From Octopus bimaculoides (taxonomy: Eukaryota): 64,000 nt of DNA. The translations under genes and the position numbers were made by a program. Below the pieces are notes generated by a model. It saw nothing but the letters and a program-made list of their open reading frames with translations, did not search any database and was not told where the DNA came from. Of the stretch, positions 52,690-64,000 are shown in pieces; within the stretch, counting starts at the first letter, position 1; each line of letters opens with the position of its first letter. The stretch lies in assembly GCF_001194135.2 (NCBI RefSeq), contig NC_068989.1:57872482-57936481 (forward strand). The letters are read 5' to 3'.

Positions 52690-53941
52690 TCAGGCTGAGT
52701 AAAAAGTAAGCAATGTTTTGAAACGTGAAATTCATCACAATATATTTCAACAATGCGGAAATTTTATCTATCAAAGTAAGTACCATTACAATCAACACAT
52801 TTTTGTTTGCCAACTAGTTACAAGTTTGTTTATTCCGGTAACATAAAAATCTGGAGTCCTGGAGCTGATGAACTCTTTGAACGCACTTTCAGCATCGGTT
52901 TGATTTTTGAACTCCTCCTCTTGCAAGAATCCATCAAGGTGTTTGAAAAAGTGGTAGTCGGTAGGAGAAAGTTCTGGGGAATAAGCTAGGTCGAGAAGAA
53001 CTACTATGAAGCCAAGTTCCCTCAACTTCTGGAGTGTCATTAGTGAAACGTGTAGTTGAGCATTGTCATGAAGACTGATTGGCCTTATTTTGTTGACCAG
53101 TCTGGGTTGGAGGTGTAGCAGTTTTTCATTCATTTTGGTAATTTCATAGTTATAGTGGATGAATGAGTCCAGCAGTACACCACCAAAGAGTCCCCATAAC
53201 CTTTTTGAAGAGCTTGGGTTTAGGGAAGGTTTTCGGTGCTTCATCTTGGTCCAACCACTGCGAAGAATGTTTTTTATTATTGTACAGAATCCACCTTTCA
53301 TTGCAAGCTACAATACGGTTGAGAAATGGATCGATCTGGTTATGGAGAAGAAGCAATGAGCAAATTCCATATCTGCGTATTTTCTGATTTTCATTCAAAT
53401 CGTGTGGTACCCATTTGTCGAGCTTTTTTGATTTTCCGATCGCATGCAAATGGTTGCAGGCAATTTTCTGACTAAATTAAAGTTCTTTCACCAGTTCTCG
53501 AGTGGTTTTACATGGATCTTTCTCAATGACAGTCTTTAATTGACCACCATTGATGACAGATGGGCATCCACTATGCTCACGATCTTCAAGGCTCAGGTCA
53601 CCACTGCGAAATCGTTTAAACCATTTTCAAGCTGACCACTCACTGGTCATTTCTTCACCACATGCTTCGTTGATATTGCAAGCAGTTTCAGCTGCTTTAG
53701 GTCCTTTTTTGAAGTTGAATAGCAAAATTGCTCGAACATCGCACTTTGACAGTTCCATTTCAGATGATTGTAATAATGGTGAAAAAAATATCAATGTTAA
53801 TTTATTGATGCATTTGGGCAAGTCTATGTCTATATTATCAGACAACTGCAAAAAAAATGTTTAAAAAAATTCAAAACTCTGCAAAAATCTGGTACAAATT
53901 CTTCATGGTTCAAAACCTTGCTTACTTTTTACTCAACCTGA
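52690..53941 (-). mobile_element. Full-length (1252 bp) mariner transposon with frameshifted transposase
   Basis: TIRs tcaggctgagtaaaaagtaagcaa / ttgcttactttttactcaacctga, flanked by TA; transposase from ATG 53758 'MELSKCDVRAILLFNF…WVPHDL…IVACNERW…LHDNA…YSPELSPTDYHFF'. Confidence 0.93.
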
Positions 53942-54382
53942 TATATATATATAGATAGATAGGTAGAAAGAGAGCGAGATAGATAGATAGGTAGAAAGAG
54001 AGCAAGAGAGACAGATAGATAGCTAGATAGATATGTATGTATATAACTTATATATTCGTTGATAGTAGTTTCCTGCAAGTCATTGTTTGATGGAATGACA
54101 CTATTTCATATAAATTAACACATAAGATTACACACTTTCAACATAAAAATGTAATGAGCACTTCCATATTTTTGTACCATAACATATACAATGTGGAGTG
54201 GGATGGTGGTATGCATGGATGCGAAAATGGAAACCAAAGAAACAAAGTGAAGTGATCTGAAAAATTCAAACCACATCAATGAGGCGACCAAGACAATATC
54301 ACAAACGAACAAATACTTACTTTACATATTAGTAAAGTTGTATCCATCATTTAGCACCTGGAGAAAATTTGTTTTCTTGATT

Positions 54383-54434
<52 letters not shown>

Positions 54435-54509
54435 TTTAGGGAAGTAGTAAAACGCCAGACTAAATCATCATTTTCGTTTTAATGTCTGTTGGTATGGGCA
54501 TCATTTTGT

Positions 54510-55340
54510 GAAGCTCAAATTTGAAGAACTAACTTTCACCACTTCTTACCCATGTCTTCCTCAATTCTCCTCCACTCTGATAACCTTCCACTGCCAGTGC
54601 ATGATATTTTTCTTAAGCAGCACCCATTGGCCATTCACATTGTTTTGTTTATACCAGCACAGATGTTTTTGTACACTCAACTTGATGTCCTTCAAAACCA
54701 GTTACTTTTGCAGCTTAATTGCAGTCCACCTTTCATACAGATTAACATTTCACATCTAACCAATTCATATTTAACTCTCTTCACGAAAATCTTTCACATT
54801 TAGTATCAATATCTCCCTACTATACAGCATCACTTTTAAATATGTTTCATGTAGACTTCCTTCCTTCTAGGGGGAGGGAGAGAGAGAGAGAGAGAAAAAG
54901 AGAGGAAACCTTTCTTGCCAACAAAGATAACAGCTCTGTAAACGGCCTCCACACCACTTCTCTACAAACTGTACTCTCACTACAACCACTTTCAACAATA
55001 ATTAGATCACCTAGGTTACTGAAACTTAACACCATCAGAGCCAGCACAGCAGTCATGGACTCCATTTCAAAGGTGTCCTTAATGCAAACTATTCCCATTT
55101 CATCTAGCGCAATTGAAATCCTGGTTCTCTGTCAGTCTTCCGGAAAAACAAAGCATCTTTCATGTACTCATTGTCTGTACAGAGTAACATGTGCATATTA
55201 CTTCTTTCCTACATGGGGAAAGGCTATTGAGCAATGCCATATTGTTACTCACTAGCCCTTTCTGTTTTGCTATGGCCATTTGAATTTCCTTTGAAGTTTG
55301 GGTTTTTTCAACAAGGTTGAAAACTAACAGATTCTGCTTC
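54510..55340 (-). mobile_element. Old RTE fragment interrupted by (GA)n
   Basis: 'SFSNLGDLIIVESGCSESTV…PFTELLSLLARK' parallels 'SFRYLGDQVSS.GGCTESV…FRELLPLL' of copy A. Confidence 0.6.
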
Positions 55341-56580
55341 GAGAACCAACATCCTTTTGTTACCAAATTTCTATTAATTTTGAAGATAATGAAACAACTT
55401 GGCTATTATTAAGCTGGTGGTTTGAAACAAATTACTATGGAATTCTGATAAAAAGTTTAAATTTATGGAGATGTACTTGCATAGCAAGTGACCTGATCTG
55501 AGATTGTGTGCTGGAACGAAAACAATTGCAGCACAGAATTTTGTCAGTGAACAGGTCGCGGTCTCAAAGTGACGAAAATATTTTGACAAATTAAATTTAA
55601 ATGTTGAAGTGAATCTGACGGCTTTTGTGTGTTATTTTAAATGGCTTATAAACACCTTCCACGCTGCAATAGTTTAAATTTAGATTACTTTAAAGCAGGA
55701 GGTTTATATCATAAAACAAGGAACAGTCTCAAGTGGGTTGGTATCAAAAGAGTTAAACTGAAAATCAAAGACTTCAGTCTTGAATTCCAGTGTTATTGCT
55801 TCAATAATTATATGGAATAGCAAGAAGCTAACCTAGAGCTTTAGTAAATGCCTACTACAGCACTAAATTTATTCACCAACTTTGCTGCTAACTTTTCATG
55901 TTGGTGAAATCATTATACATAACATAGGGTGTGCTAAATACCTTTCACAAGACAGTTTTTTTTTTTTCCAGAATACACAATATGTACTGGACATTTTCAA
56001 AGGCATTTTGTGACTTTGAAAAATATTTAAATTCTTAAATGTAGAAAAGATGTATGTCACGATTCCATTAGCAATACAGTATCTATGACTCAACTTTCTT
56101 ATACAGCCATTCCTGATTATATTCCAAAAACTTGCTCCATCATTTTGATGTCTGTGATGTTGTCCTTCTTAAAGTGCATCACATCTACCTTAGTAGTAGC
56201 TTATAAAAGTTGTTATTGATATGATCCTTCATTACCTGAGTAAATGGCACAGTAGCATATAAGGTGATGCTTTCAACATCCTGCTGGCAACTATCTCTGC
56301 TTTCATCACACTTGTTAATATTAGTGTTAAAACATTAAATGCAAGTGAACAACATCAAAAATCTAATTAGATATAATCGTGCAGTGAGAAAAAGACAATA
56401 ATGGCTAGTTTAATAGTTGAAGCAACAACGGGAGATAACTCATGTGTCAGTCTCATCACAGCAGTACATAAACTCCACAGTACAATATTGTACATTAGTA
56501 GGTGTGAAGAATTAGCATATTTTGGAAAGTGGTAATTTAAATAGTTTAATAACTCCTCTTAACCTAAATATTTGATACAT

Positions 56581-56718
56581 TATTTACATTTGACGGATAT
56601 TTGTCCTCATCTTGTTTGTTGTTAACACGTTTCGGCTGATATACCCTCCAGTTTTCATCAAGTGTCTTGGGGAAATTTCGAACCTGGGTTCTCATTCCTA
56701 AGGTATTTTTCGATGTTG

Positions 56719-56755
<37 letters not shown>

Positions 56756-57039
56756 TCACTGCCTGGAGTCGAACTTGGAATCTTGGGATTAGTAGCTCAC
56801 GCTCTTAACCACTACGCCATATGCCCGTGGGCATACGGCGTAGTGGTTAAGAGCGTGGGCTACTAACTCCAAGATTCCGAGTTCGATTCCAGGCAGTGAC
56901 CTGAATAATAACAACATCGAAAAATACCTTAGGAGTGAGAACCCAGGTTCGAAATTTCCCCCAAGACACTTGATGAATGCTGGAGGGTATATCAGCCAAA
57001 ACGTTGTGTTAACAACAAACAAGATGAGGACAAATATCC
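56581..57039. mobile_element. Palindromic dimer of tRNA-headed elements, each ending in a minimal hammerhead-like motif
   Basis: 56595-56826 is the near-perfect reverse complement of 56829-57039 (the (TTA)n spacer is longer in the left arm). Each arm: A-box ggcgtagtggtta, B-box gagttcgattcc, (AAT)n, then gacac-TTGATGA-stem-(G/A)AAAC-GT(T). Confidence 0.85.
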
Positions 57040-58462
57040 TCCACATTCGAAAAGCAAATCCCAGTGACATTAAAAAACTATTATATTTTTATACTTAAAT
57101 ATTAAAAGGAATTGCATAAAAAAAGAAGTTAAAATATCTTGTGTATTGTAGAAGTATAATCAATGTATTGCACATGAAGTTTAACAAAATCTTATATGAA
57201 CTCTCAGAGGCCATATGGACTCTAGTTGTGAACCACTAAGAAATCATATATACTTAAACAAGGGTATGGCAAGCTTCTTATATAGAATCATAGATAACTT
57301 ATCAACCCTCATCATGTAAAAAATATAATTAAGAAAAAATAAAATTAAGTTAAGAAAACAATTTTTGAATTATAAATAATCATTTCATTCTTTTCTATCC
57401 TTACCACTTTTAAATAACAATTATATTTAACCATTTTACAGCAAAAATCAGGTATATCCACTCAAAATTTCATAACTTTTAAATGTGGAAAGAAGTTTTA
57501 TGTAACAATCTATGTCTTACTGAGGAATGTCAGGTTTGAAACTATTTTTTGTTGAGGTATGCCAACTTTATAGCAACAAAGTAACTTGCAGAAAATACCA
57601 AATCTATTTTTTGGTAGATAATCAGTATGATTACTGAATATCTGTTGAGCAGAGGAATCCTAGAAGATCAATGGTCAGGATTATCAAGCTTTATCAAGAG
57701 AGTAACTGCAAAGCATCCGTAGAGGCAGCGTCCATGGTTGTGTAATCAGCTAATGAAAGACTCTCTATGACTCAAGCCTGAGTCATTGGAATCCATGCAA
57801 GCAGCGTGACCAAGATGATGAGATGACTGAAATAATCATACATGTATATACATGCAGACACACGTGTATATACATGCAGACATACATGTATATATATGCA
57901 TATACATGCCTGCACAGGTGTATGTATATATATCCTTTATAGTATTAAATCTCATTCTGACTAACACCATAATCAGCATAACTACATTTTTTTAAAATTA
58001 TAAATGCACATACACATTATATATTTTATATAATTTGCATATGACTAAAATCTCTCAACCATACAATTAATTTGATTAAATTAATTTCAATTAAGAAGTT
58101 AAATCCACTACATTGAATTAATGTTGATAAAGTGAGCAACTATTAGTGAATGCAGCTACTAACTTGTAATGGGAGTGGTCAAGTTTAGCATCAATCACTC
58201 AAGTAATTAGCAGATAACTGATGAGATTAGAATCCATTTGCAAAAACAAAGAGGGTGTGTTACTTTATTGCGGAGGTCTTTAAAGTAGAACAGAAATATA
58301 TACATATTATGTAAAAATGAACAAAAACCATGTGTTAAATTGATTTCACTACACTGTGTAAAACAAAAAAAATAAAGGCATTGAGGAGGCCTTGTGCAAA
58401 AATAAGGAAATGAAACGGTGTGATGTTTATACTTTTCTTATAAAGTATTACTGACTTTAACT

Positions 58463-58830
58463 CAATGATTCCCAATGTGGAGCATATACCCTACTGTTGG
58501 GACCTGGGAAAATTGTGGTGGAACGCGAGATCCAAAATTTTTTTTTTTTTTTTTTAGGGCATGGAATTATGAAAATCTGCTGTTTTCACAACAAATATAC
58601 TACACCTATACTCAGCCTAGCCAAACTAATCTCTCAAGTCAAACATACTGTGTGAAGACTTTACTACAGTATAGTGTATTCTAATGCCCTACTATGGATA
58701 TTTCTTTAAGGAAAGTATAAAATTATGAAACATTAAAAATAAAGTTGTTTTTTACTAACCACCAGTGGGGAATACATTTTTCTGAAAAGATGTAGTGGGG
58801 CCCGGGGGGAAAATAGGTTGAGAAACACTG
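58463..58830. mobile_element. hAT MITE, 368 bp
   Basis: TIR caatgattcccaa / ttgagaaacactg; TSD ctttaact (58455-62) / ttttaact (58831-38). Confidence 0.7.
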
Positions 58831-59344
58831 TTTTAACTCTTTTATTATTTATATTTCTGTTGAAATACACTGTATTTATTTCAATTCATTTTGAAAATGA
58901 TAAAGGAGTTAGTATAATAACTATGTTATTATTAAGCTGATGTTTGGAACATTAAATTGATTTGAAATTTTGCTGGAAGGTTTTAATTTAGATAATTTTA
59001 AAACAAGGAATTGGTATCATAGAACCAGAGGTAATTTCAGGCAGACGGGTTGATATCTCAGGGTTAAATGCAACGACATGGGCTACAAGTATCTAACTTT
59101 CAGAATTGGTTACATTAATTAAGTTAATTAAATTAACCAATAACTTACTCAAGTTAAACTTGTTAGAAGAAAGAAAAAACAAAAGAAAAGAAAAACATGT
59201 GAACATGTGAACCTGAAAAGAAATATAAGGTGAAATAACTGACATTGTTGTGATGAATTTATCCACTGGAAGAAACCAGTTTCAGTTTTAAATGGAATTT
59301 AAACTATAAAAGTTTTGAGTTTTTATTCTACATAAGAAAATATA

Positions 59345-59742
59345 CTTTTCTTCTTTTACTTGTTTCAGTCAGAGGCCAAGCTGGAGCACCGCCTTTAGTC
59401 GAACAAATCGACCTCAAGATTTATTCTTTGTAAGCCTAGTATTTATTCTAGTGGACCCTTTTGCTGAACCGCTAAGTTACAGCAACGTAAACACACCAAC
59501 ATCAGTTGTCAAGCGATGGTAGGTGGGGTGGGGGGACAAACATAGAAACACAGATACACACACACATATATATATACAACGGGCTTCTTTCAGCCTCCAT
59601 CTACCACCAAATCCCCTCACAAGACTTTGGGCAGCTCGAGGCTATAGCAGATGACACTTGCCCAAAGTGCCATGCAGTGGGACTGAACCCGGAACCGTGT
59701 GGTTAGGAAGCAAGCTTCTTACCACACAGCCACACCTGCGCC
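59345..59742 (-). mobile_element. Full-length tRNA-derived SINE (same family as 2960-3352)
   Basis: Complete head-body-microsatellite-3' half on minus. Confidence 0.85.
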
Positions 59743-60059
59743 TGTTTTACATTTGAACAGAAAAGAGGATTATGTTACTTAACAAAACAACAGTTTAATG
59801 TGTTTTTGAAATCCTCAAATCCCTAGTATTACTGATTCATAAAACTACATTTTTTTTCCTCCTTATAATAACATATCTATTCATTCTCAATACATTTTGG
59901 TGCATTCAAACGTGAATATGTTGCTCACTGTTGTTTTTCATTGGCTAACATCATTTAGAAGCTGTGTGTTTATAATGCTTGAAATTCATTGATGTAAGGG
60001 GACTACTATACACAACTTGGAAGACCAGCATAGTATATGCACACCAGCATAGCATATAA

Positions 60060-60560
60060 GTAAATAATTTGCTGATTTCTACTAACAAGAGCCACTGCCC
60101 TTGCTAGATTTGTTAATCCAGAAGTAGCTTTGACTGAGGAGATGCAATAAAGTTTAGAAACTGCAGTATCTCAAACACCCCTTACATCAATGAATTATGT
60201 GTTATGAATACACATTGTGTAAAGGTAGTAGATACTCTCTGATGACGAAAACACAACAGTAATCCATATACTCGGGTTTGAATCTGTAGGAACGTATTAT
60301 GAATGAACAGCTGTTATTGTTTAGATGTTCCCTGTTCTGAGTGCACCACATGAATTATTATTAGATTGGTAGACATCAAAACACATCGCAGATAATTTGT
60401 TTGCTGATTCTGATAAACAAGAGCCCATACTCTTGCTAGATTTATAGACCCAGTGGGATAGCTTTGGCTGAAGAGAGACATTATAAGGCTGAAACATCAT
60501 AACGGCCCAAAGTTTCCTTACATCAATAAATCATGTTATGAACACATCATCTGAAAAAGC
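60060..60560 (+). repeat. Diverged tandem duplication (about 334-bp period), each unit with a hammerhead-like motif
   Basis: Units share 'ttgctgatt…aacaagagcc…cttgctagattt…tagcttt-g(a/g)-CTGA(G/A)GA…GAAAC…ccttacatcaat…tgttatgaa'; cores at 60134 and 60468. Confidence 0.6.
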
Positions 60561-61784
60561 ATTTTCTCCACAACCAGAAAACAACCATGATCAGATATTC
60601 ACATGCAAGTCTACCAGAATGTATTGAGGATCAATTATCATTATCATCATTATTATTATTATCATCATCATCATTGAGGTGGCAAGTTGGCAGAATCGTT
60701 AGCACACTGGAAGAAATGCTTAACAGTGTTTTGCCTGTTACTATGTTTTGAGTTCAAATTCCACAGAGGTCGACGTTGCCTTTTATCCTTTCGGGGTCAA
60801 TTAAATAAGTGCCAGTTGAACACTGGTGTCGATGTAACCAACTGAACTTCTCCCCCAAAATTTCAGACCTTGTGCCTATAGTTGAAAGGATTATTATTAT
60901 CATTAAGGTGGCGAGCTGGCAGAATCATTAGCACACTGATAGAATAAGTACTAGGCTTTGTATATGTTTGTGTGTCTGTGTTTGTCCCCCTCCCACCATC
61001 ACTTGACAGCTGATGCTGGTGTGTTTACGTCTCTGTAACTTAGCAGTTCAGCAAAAGATACCGATAGAATAAATACTGAGGTCGATTTGTTTGACTAAAG
61101 GTGGTGCTCCAGCATGGCCTCAGTCAAATGACTGGAACATGTAAAAGAGTAACTAATAAGTATCAAATAACTTTTGAGTTTAAATTTAAATTGCTTTTAC
61201 ACATGATTTGGCATATTTGCTCTGTTGTTGATGTTTATCTCCCATTGTTTTGGTGCACCATTTTCTATCATTGATAAAAACTGTGCCCTTTTTGGCAACA
61301 AGTGTATACTAATATATTTATAGATTTACTAAGGAAATTTTCATTTGGGACTACATTTTAAAACACCTGTGTCCCTTTTTATGAAATGAATCTAGTGGCA
61401 ACCTTGAAGCTAAGTGTAGGGCTGTACTCTAATTACATATAAATGCACAAACATCAAGGGAAACTAAAAATACACTACATGAGTCTAAGATTACTGCGAG
61501 GACATAAAGGCCAGGGTGACACAGAATATTGTGGAGAATGTCAGTCATGGCTTCACAACTGCTGTTAGAAACAATACTACACTAGATAAACAGGTCGGAG
61601 TGTAAACCCCAGGAAAGAAAGACAAAACACTGGACAAACTTCTGTTTACTCTTGAAAGAAAAATAAACAATAGTTTTATAGTTTTTCCCTTTTTTTTTTG
61701 TGAAAACAATAAAGCATTTCAGAATGGAAGCAAGTATTGTTTTGTGTTATTTTTTAATGTTTATATGTATTCAAACTTCATTAA

Positions 61785-61963
61785 CCCTTTCAATACTATA
61801 TTTCTGTTTTGCTTTCAATTTAAAAAAAAAATAATGAAGAATATAGTAAAATAACATTTTCAAACAAATGAAATTTTAATAGGAAGTTATTTAGATCAGA
61901 TTAATACACAAAATCTGCATCATAAAACCAAGAGCAATCTCTGGTGGATTGGTATCAAAAGGG
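61785..61963. mobile_element. piggyBac-type MITE with TTAA TSD
   Basis: TTAA|ccctttcaatac…gtatcaaaaggg|TTAA. Confidence 0.7.
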
Positions 61964-62159
61964 TTAAATCAATATTGAGCTTCCAAAGAAACTAAGGTGA
62001 TTCCCACCCACTTCTCTTGATACTGACCATGCACACAGAAATAGCTTTCAGTATACAATTACAAGACCAATTTAGATATAACAAGGTGCATAGTCTAATG
62101 TAAAATTATAAAATTAGTGATCCTCATATTGAAGGGTTGTCTGACAAGAATTTACATAT

Positions 62160-62500
62160 CCTGTGTTGTATACACTGATTTTATACACAAAAGTATAGAG
62201 TTGTGACTGATCTAACACAGCAAGCAATTTCAGAGAGTTGTAACTGATCACACAAAAAAGGCAAGCAGAGAATTATGACTGATCTCACATAACATGCAAG
62301 TACAGAAAGCTGTGACTGATCTCACACAACAAGCAAGCATAGAGAATTATGACTGATCTTACACAAAAGTATAGACTTGTGACTGATTTCACACCACATG
62401 CAAACACAGAGTTTTGACTGATTTCACAGGAGACAAATACAGAGTTGTGATCAATCTCATGCAAAATGTATGTATAGATCTGTGACTGATTTTATACTAC
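62160..62500. repeat. Degenerate minisatellite, about 10 units of 30-39 bp
   Basis: Recurring core (t/g)tg(t)gactgat(c/t)tcacac…agag. Confidence 0.8.
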
Positions 62501-62865
62501 ATAATTCTTGAGAAACATGACTAATGTCACATAGCATTGGAGCCTGGTGTTGCCATCTGGTTCACCAGTCCTCAGTCAAATCGTCCAACCCATGCTAGCA
62601 TGGAAAGCGGACGTTAAACGATTATATATATATATATAAGGCGTGTTTACTGTATTAGTGATTTATATAAAATTAATTTACTACACTAGTGAGCTATATA
62701 AAATTTATTTACTGTACTAGTGGACTATATAAATAGCATATACTGAATCACTTATCTAAAGTTTGATTATTGCAAGAAGAAACTGTTTCTTAAAAACCTT
62801 CAAATTTGAGGGGAAAGTAAAAATATATAGTTTGTCCAGAGTAATGCATTTCTTAAAAAACTCAC

Positions 62866-62927
62866 CATTAGAAAGTGCATCTTGTAACTCCTTTGAAGAT
62901 ATCTGACCACTTTGGTCTCTGTCCACT
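62866..62927 (-). CDS. PDCD6: PDCD6 exon 2 (62 nt): (R)VDRDQSGQISSKELQDALSN(G) (EF1)
   Basis: tttctAG acceptor (62929-28) and G|GTGAGT donor; phase 2 to 1. Exon 1 not found in the remaining ~1 kb. Confidence 0.93.
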
Positions 62928-64000
62928 CTAGAAACCATTACAAATTTAGGTTAAAAAACAAATCAAAATGTATACGATTACAAAATAGAAGATGCAATTG
63001 CAAATAAAGAAAATGAAGAGAAAATAATATTCATGAGGAAACAAATTAGAATCAGTGAAAAACAAGTGGAATACAGAATGGGAAATTGGAATTGAACAAG
63101 AGAACAATGTAAGTAGTGATTAGAGTAAACACAGAAATGGTTGAATATTAACATGTCATTGCAAACAATAGGTAAATGAGTGTAGATAAATTACTGAACT
63201 GTGTAGGAAGATAAACACTGAGATAAAATCTTTTGGTATTTGATATATTGGTAGAATTCTGGTTGAAGCACTCCATGTAACCCTCATGACTTCTCTATTT
63301 TTGGGAATTTCCAGAAAATTTTTGTTCTACACATGGGGATTCATACAATCACGGGAATTTTTTTTTTTCTAAATCTTTACCCTCCACCCACTATCTGAAA
63401 ATTCCATGCTTTTCTGAGTTTTCTTTTACCGCTGTTTAAAATAACGACAGCCTGAATTTCTTGCTTAAATCCCAGCAATGGACTACCCTTAAGTGCATCA
63501 TTATTCTTTTAAATGTGACAAAGAAACAAGGAATATATCAGGTGGTCGTGAGGTGTGCTAAGGACAATAGCTAAATCATCCTTAAATCAGACACACAAAA
63601 AAAATTTTTTTTTTCATAATCATATGAATTCCAAGGTGAAGAACTCCAATTTGCAAACATTTTCTGAAAATTCCAAAAAATAAAAAAAGTTATGAGGGAT
63701 CATAGGGGGTAATTAAATCAGAATTCTGCCACCATATTTTAGTTAATAAAAAAATGGTAGTCGCTCTGCCATCCCAACACTCTTCCTCCTTGTTCCTCAT
63801 CTGACCAAGCCCCTCCTCTCCTTCCCACACTTCTCTTAGGAATTCTTCTTCACCCTATTCTAACTGCTCCTTCCCCCCTTTCCATCACATACTTGTTCCT
63901 TAATAATGCTGTAAAACCCAAGACTCCACTCCTTTACACAACCCCCAGTGTTACCTTCACAACTCCATCCCTCACTTCTTAACTGTGTCATTAATCCCAT

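Noticed and set aside
62928-62938. 'MVS' as the PDCD6 N-terminus (ORF track)
   Set aside because: These bases are the intron acceptor (tttctAG); similarly 'MFLFI' at 37981 and the start of ORF 37436 are intronic.
62928-64000. PDCD6 exon 1
   Set aside because: The only good minus donor (about 63953) has a stop in the required phase and lies in LINE-like purine-rich sequence; exon 1 is probably outside the window.

Overview
AT-rich, repeat-dense animal genomic DNA with three N gaps. The SINE/LINE repertoire matches what I recall from Octopus (inference, not a database result). One gene is firmly recognisable: PDCD6/ALG-2 (penta-EF-hand Ca2+ sensor) on the minus strand. Coding exons 2-6 lie at 62927-62866, 39030-38986, 37965-37807, 37306-37197 and 34501-34400, intron 2 is about 23.8 kb, and exon 1 is beyond the right edge. 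Around 15.9-16.8 kb there is a CpG-richer unique island with splice-bounded segments on both strands, suggesting a divergent pair of small unidentified genes (low confidence). Most of the rest is decayed transposons: RTE and CR1/L2-like LINEs, a short-LTR Gypsy element, mariner/maT elements, hAT and piggyBac-type MITEs, tRNA-derived SINEs and microsatellites. Most listed ORFs are therefore TE fragments or microsatellite artefacts. The most unusual signal is RNA-structural: at least three kinds of hammerhead-ribozyme-like elements. (i) A fully paired type I hammerhead with a non-canonical U3-C4...A8 core at 5415-5516. (ii) A ~445-bp palindrome of two head-to-head tRNA-headed elements, each ending in a Penelope-type minimal hammerhead (56595-57039). 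(iii) A degenerate hammerhead-bearing repeat family, as a 334-bp-spaced tandem at about 60.1-60.5 kb plus a copy at about 35.1 kb.
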